NCBI GenBank assembly: GCA_963662275.1
Contig: OY759316.1
Location: 2,848,001 to 2,912,000 of the forward strand
Source: Candidatus Cloacimonadales bacterium
GTDB lineage: Bacteria; Cloacimonadota; Cloacimonadia; Cloacimonadales; DAONDQ01
DNA length: 64,000 nt
Reading direction: 5' to 3'
The position numbers and the translations under genes are program-made. A model generated the notes under the pieces. That model was not told the DNA's origin, did no database searches, and saw nothing but the letters and a program-made list of their open reading frames with translations. This document shows positions 59,627-64,000 of this stretch, one piece after another (within the stretch, counting starts at the first letter, position 1; each line of letters begins with the position of its first letter).

Positions 59627-62600
59627 GTGAAGAACATTCTTTGTGTTTTGGTTTTCATTATTTTGTGTTGTATGAATTGCTTCTGTTTTGGCGCGAATAA
59701 GGTCTCAAAAACTAATTTGTCAAATCATAAACAAATAGCCATTCCACAAATAGGACAATTCAATAAAACAGATTTCAGGGATGCAAATCCCCCTAGTGAT
59801 GTAACGATTTCTGTCAATGCAGGGATTGTCACTTTATCTTGGTCAGCAGTTTTTAATGCTGCCAGTTATAAAGTAGAAGCTTCGAATACAAATAATCGAG
59901 GTTTTACTGATGTTACTACATCGGGGACATTCAATATTCAAACCGGCATTATTAGTTGGTCAAAATCTGTTACGGAAGATTATGCATTTTTTAGAATTAG
60001 ATCTTTTACCAGTCCGATTCCAAGTAATTTTGTTTTGGTTCAGCGCGGTACTTTTTTTAATGGAACATCTGATGTGACAATTTCATCATTCTATATGAAT
60101 AAATATGAAATTACACAGTCTGAATTCATGGCTGTAATGGGGATGAATCCCTCAAGTTATTATGGGATTTATGGAATAGGAGATGATTTTCCCGTTTACA
60201 ACATCACTTGGGCAAATGCAATCGTTTATTGCAACAAGAGAAGTATTAGCGAAGGATTGACTCCATGTTATAGCTATACAGAACCATATGATGGAACAAA
60301 TTATGGGTCAAATCCCACTAGTTGGCCAACGGATTGGTATTTGGAGGTTTGGATTCCTGAGACCCCCCCTATACCTTCATATTCGTATCAGAAATCCTGG
60401 GGCTTAGCATGTAATTGGGAAGCAAATGGTTATCGCTTACCAACAGAAATGGAGTGGATGTTTGCTGCACGAGGAGGAAATTTATCTCATGACTATTTCT
60501 ATAGTGGAGGAAATGAAATAGATTCTGTTGCCTGGTGGGGAGGAACTAACTTTGGAGGTAATTCTTCTGATTCGATACATGTAGTAGGAACAAAATCTCC
60601 AAATGAACTGGGTCTCTATGATCTGAGTGGTAACGTTAATGAATGGTGTTGGGATATGTACGATATCTATCCAGCAGGAGCACAAGTCAATCCCCATGGA
60701 CCGACATTGCAGAATACTCGTGTCTTCCGAGGTGGTTGCTGTGAAAGTGCGGCATCGAATTGCTTAGTTTCATATCGTAATGACAATTCAATCGATGGAA
60801 ACGTTTCTGAAATCGGCTTCCGAATCTGTCTGAATGATCCAAATACGGTCCTGCCTCCCACGTTTTCTCCTGTTACAGGGACATACTTAATTCCCCAAAA
60901 TGTGAGTATTACTTCAAATACTTTCGGTGCAACTATTCGCTACACAATCGATGGTTCTACACCTTCTACCACAACTGGCATGATTTACAGCTCTCCTATC
61001 CTGGTGGATCATACACTTTCGATCAAAGCAATTGCATATAAAAGCGGATATACTACTTCCGAAATAACCAGTGCTTTGTATACGATCAATCTCACAGTAA
61101 CGAAACCGACCTTCTCTCCTCCCGGCGGACAGTATAGCAGTTCCCAATCAGTTAGTATCATATGTCCGATTACTGGGGCTCAGATCAGATATACGACAGA
61201 TGGCAGCAATCCTACTGAAAGCTCGAGCCTGTATCAAAATCCTATTAGTGTGAATCAGTTCACGACCATTAAAGCCAAGGCATACAAAACGGGATGGACT
61301 GCATCTCAAATATCGACAGCAGTCTATACATTCAGTTCTGACTTTGCGCTTGTGACAGGGGGCATCTATAATACTGGATTGGGCACCATTACTGTTCCAA
61401 GTTTCTATGTGGAAAAACATGAAATTACTAAAGATGAATATGAAGCTATTATGTTTTACAGTTCCTCTGTTTTCACTGGAGTTCTTAATGGACCTGTAAA
61501 TAATGTCACATGGTTCAACGCAATTGAGTATTGTAATAGAAGAAGTATTCAAGAAGGACTTACTCCTTGCTACAGTTTCAATAATGGAACAGATTATGGA
61601 ACGAATCCTTCCTATTGGCCTCTGGATTGGAACCAGGAATGGTATGAAGAAGGATATTCTGAAGTCCGTAATTACTCCATGTATGTGTTATGCAATTGGA
61701 ATGCCAGTGGTTATCGTCTTCCATCAACTTCTGAATGGGTTTTTGCATCCCGTGGTGGAAACCTGACTCATAATTATTCCTTCAGTGGAAGCAACACAAT
61801 TGGAGATGTTTCCTGGTATCTAACGAATTCCATTAACACAACACATAGTGTAGGCTTAAAAACAGCCAATGAGCTTGGCATATTCGATATGTCGGGCAAC
61901 GTCTGGGAATGGTGTTGGGATGCATATTTTGATGAAATGAACATGACTCCCAGTATGGGTGAAAGTCATTATCTTGAAGGTGGAAGCTGGAATAGCGAAA
62001 GCTACAACATGTATTCATCTTGGGATAATGCTTTGAGTTATAATAATTATTCCGGTTTCAGGATATACCGTCGCGATCCTAATATGGTGGCAATTCCATC
62101 ATTTTCACCTGCCGGAGGGGCATACTCGAGTACACAGACAGTAAGTATCTCATGTACAATTCCCGGAGTACAGATACGTTATACAACCAATGGTACAGAA
62201 CCAACTGAATCCTCTTCACTATATAATTCAGCACTCACGATTTCTCAGACGACAATCTTAAAAGCAAGAGCTTTTAAATCAGGTTTTACACCTTCGGAAA
62301 TCAAGGCAGCAGGATATGTAATTGGTTCTCCATCCTCACAAATGGTAACAGTTACGGGAGGAACATTCAACAACGGATTTGAGGATGTCACAATCTCTAC
62401 TTTCATGATGAATAAATATGAAGTTTCTCAAGCTTCATTCCTGGCAGTGATGGGATATAACCCATCGTATTGTTATGGTGTCAGTGCCAACTATCCCGTT
62501 TATTACATCACCTGGTTCAATGCAATTGAGTATTGCAACAAACGCAGCATAACTGAAGGTTTGACTCCTTGCTATCGTTTTAATAACGGTACTGATTATG

Positions 62601-64000
62601 GTACTGATCCAAACAACTGGCCTTCTTCATGGACAGCTATGTGGAATATGCCTGGTATGTGGTTTCCAAATAATAATTCGACTAGCATATTTTATAATTC
62701 CCTGGCGAACGGTTATCGCTTGCCCTCTAGATCTGAATGGATGTTTGCTGCACGCGGTGGGAACCTGACTCATAATTATACATACAGCGGCAGCAATACC
62801 ATTGGAAATGTAGCCTGGTATAGTACAAATTCAAGTTCTGCAGTTCACCAGGTAGGGACAAAAACAGCAAATGAGCTTGCTCTCTACGATATGACAGGCA
62901 ATGTAAGCGAATGGTGCTCAAATAATCCTGATTATGATCCTTTGATGCCTCCGTGGATCATGTGGGAAGAATATCAATACAGCCGTAATATCGTAGGTGG
63001 CAGTTGGAGTAGCCCTGATACAGATTGTGCAGTAGCTTCACAACTCGGCTACAGCCATACTTCATATACGTCAAATTCATATGGCTTCCGGGTTTGCAGA
63101 TTTGAATTCGAAACAGTTGCCCCACCTGTGCTTTCTCCTGTTGGTACAACCTATAACAATACCCAGTCTGTATCCATCTCTACAGCAACAATCGGTGCAA
63201 CAATACGATATACAACGAATGGATCAACACCTTCCACGACCGTAGGTACGATTTATAGCAGTCCGATTAGTGTTACAACCAGCCAGACCATCAAGGCTAT
63301 AGCTTATAAAACCGGTTGTATAACTTCAACAATAGCCTCAGAGACCTATAGTTTAGTAGTTGATGTACCTGTCTTTTCTCTTCTGCCGGGAACCTACCTT
63401 TCTTCACAGACTACCACTATCACGACCAACACTACGGGAGCATCCATCAGATATACTACTGATGGTTCAACACCAACTTCTACAACAGGCACTCTTTATT
63501 CATCTCCTATCAGTATCAATTCGAGTCAAACAGTGAAAGCCATTGCCTATAAAACCGGTATGGTCTCATCAAATGTAATCTCTTCTGTATATACAGTAAA
63601 CCTGACAGTTAGCAGCCCTACTTTTTCCCATGCCAGCGGTGCTTATACGAACGCTATTACGGTGGCTATCAACTGTTCTACTTCCGGGTCTACGATTAGA
63701 TATACTCTCGATGGCAGTGAACCTACCATTTCATCTCAACAAAGTTATGGTTCAGTTTACATAAATGCTACTCGAATCCTCAAAGCAAAAGCTTTTAAAA
63801 CGGATTGGACCGCTTCTGCAACTTCCACAGCTCTATATTCTTTTATTAGCTCTCAGTCGGAAATGGTCTATATCGCAGGGGGAACATTCAATAATGGTAC
63901 ATCGAATGTCACATTATCTTCCTTCTATATCGATAAATATGAATGCACCCAGGTTGATTATCAATCAGTCATAGGCAGTAATCCTTCATCACAATTTGGA
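59627..64000 (+). CDS. Giant secreted protein with at least four FGE-sulfatase (SUMF1/CLec-like) domains separated by chitobiase/Fn3-associated Ig-like repeats; 3' end outside the window
   Basis: Absent from the ORF track, which is expected if there is no stop before the edge. GGGAGG plus GTG 59627; signal peptide; KYE.T..., GYRLP...EW.FA.RGG, NELG.YD..GNV.EWC and GFR motifs; six P.FS...IRYT.DGS.P-type repeats; still in frame at 64000 (1458 codons). Confidence 0.9.
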   Translation, partial: MKNILCVLVFIILCCMNCFCFGANKVSKTNLSNHKQIAIPQIGQFNKTDFRDANPPSDVTISVNAGIVTLSWSAVFNAASYKVEASNTNNRGFTDVTTSGTFNIQTGIISWSKSVTEDYAFFRIRSFTSPIPSNFVLVQRGTFFNGTSDVTISSFYMNKYEITQSEFMAVMGMNPSSYYGIYGIGDDFPVYNITWANAIVYCNKRSISEGLTPCYSYTEPYDGTNYGSNPTSWPTDWYLEVWIPETPPIPSYSYQKSWGLACNWEANGYRLPTEMEWMFAARGGNLSHDYFYSGGNEIDSVAWWGGTNFGGNSSDSIHVVGTKSPNELGLYDLSGNVNEWCWDMYDIYPAGAQVNPHGPTLQNTRVFRGGCCESAASNCLVSYRNDNSIDGNVSEIGFRICLNDPNTVLPPTFSPVTGTYLIPQNVSITSNTFGATIRYTIDGSTPSTTTGMIYSSPILVDHTLSIKAIAYKSGYTTSEITSALYTINLTVTKPTFSPPGGQYSSSQSVSIICPITGAQIRYTTDGSNPTESSSLYQNPISVNQFTTIKAKAYKTGWTASQISTAVYTFSSDFALVTGGIYNTGLGTITVPSFYVEKHEITKDEYEAIMFYSSSVFTGVLNGPVNNVTWFNAIEYCNRRSIQEGLTPCYSFNNGTDYGTNPSYWPLDWNQEWYEEGYSEVRNYSMYVLCNWNASGYRLPSTSEWVFASRGGNLTHNYSFSGSNTIGDVSWYLTNSINTTHSVGLKTANELGIFDMSGNVWEWCWDAYFDEMNMTPSMGESHYLEGGSWNSESYNMYSSWDNALSYNNYSGFRIYRRDPNMVAIPSFSPAGGAYSSTQTVSISCTIPGVQIRYTTNGTEPTESSSLYNSALTISQTTILKARAFKSGFTPSEIKAAGYVIGSPSSQMVTVTGGTFNNGFEDVTISTFMMNKYEVSQASFLAVMGYNPSYCYGVSANYPVYYITWFNAIEYCNKRSITEGLTPCYRFNNGTDYGTDPNNWPSSWTAMWNMPGMWFPNNNSTSIFYNSLANGYRLPSRSEWMFAARGGNLTHNYTYSGSNTIGNVAWYSTNSSSAVHQVGTKTANELALYDMTGNVSEWCSNNPDYDPLMPPWIMWEEYQYSRNIVGGSWSSPDTDCAVASQLGYSHTSYTSNSYGFRVCRFEFETVAPPVLSPVGTTYNNTQSVSISTATIGATIRYTTNGSTPSTTVGTIYSSPISVTTSQTIKAIAYKTGCITSTIASETYSLVVDVPVFSLLPGTYLSSQTTTITTNTTGASIRYTTDGSTPTSTTGTLYSSPISINSSQTVKAIAYKTGMVSSNVISSVYTVNLTVSSPTFSHASGAYTNAITVAINCSTSGSTIRYTLDGSEPTISSQQSYGSVYINATRILKAKAFKTDWTASATSTALYSFISSQSEMVYIAGGTFNNGTSNVTLSSFYIDKYECTQVDYQSVIGSNPSSQFG

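Noticed and set aside
60482..63974. Short ORFs listed in the track in this interval
   Set aside because: All overlap the long plus-strand FGE-repeat frame, which explains the sequence.
59627..64000. Complete diversity-generating retroelement in this window
   Set aside because: No reverse transcriptase or template repeat is visible, and the FGE terminal segments differ by indels and all base types rather than only at adenines.

Overview
AT-rich bacterial window. By inference it comes from an FCB-group organism, most likely Cloacimonadota, given the many secreted proteins ending in a YPNPFN...KM.LLK FlgD/T9SS-type sorting domain. It holds ten such cargo-like proteins, including a three-gene adhesin array and a tandem pair of FG-GAP proteins. 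Housekeeping genes include ycaQ-like, a DUF2007-like/PyrE fusion, a PdxA-methyltransferase fusion, rnhB, glgP and ettA. There is also a TPR sigma54 activator with a matching -24/-12 promoter, a TPR adenylate/guanylate cyclase, two IS elements, and a giant multi-FGE-domain ORF (59627 to the window end) that the ORF track missed. The best-supported discovery is an intact IS110 element (about 35154-36898) that has split one copy of a genomic repeat whose uninterrupted copy lies at about 15421-15535. Its long right end folds by eye into a two-loop, bridge-RNA-like structure (36560-36732) whose loops carry sequences matching both the target and the donor junction. Intergenic DNA also contains an unexplained set of 7-mer tandem arrays sharing a GCAGA-like anchor, 11-mer tandem arrays and palindromic repeats; one palindrome sits in frame inside two proteins. 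All family assignments come from motif recognition by eye; no database search or folding program was run.
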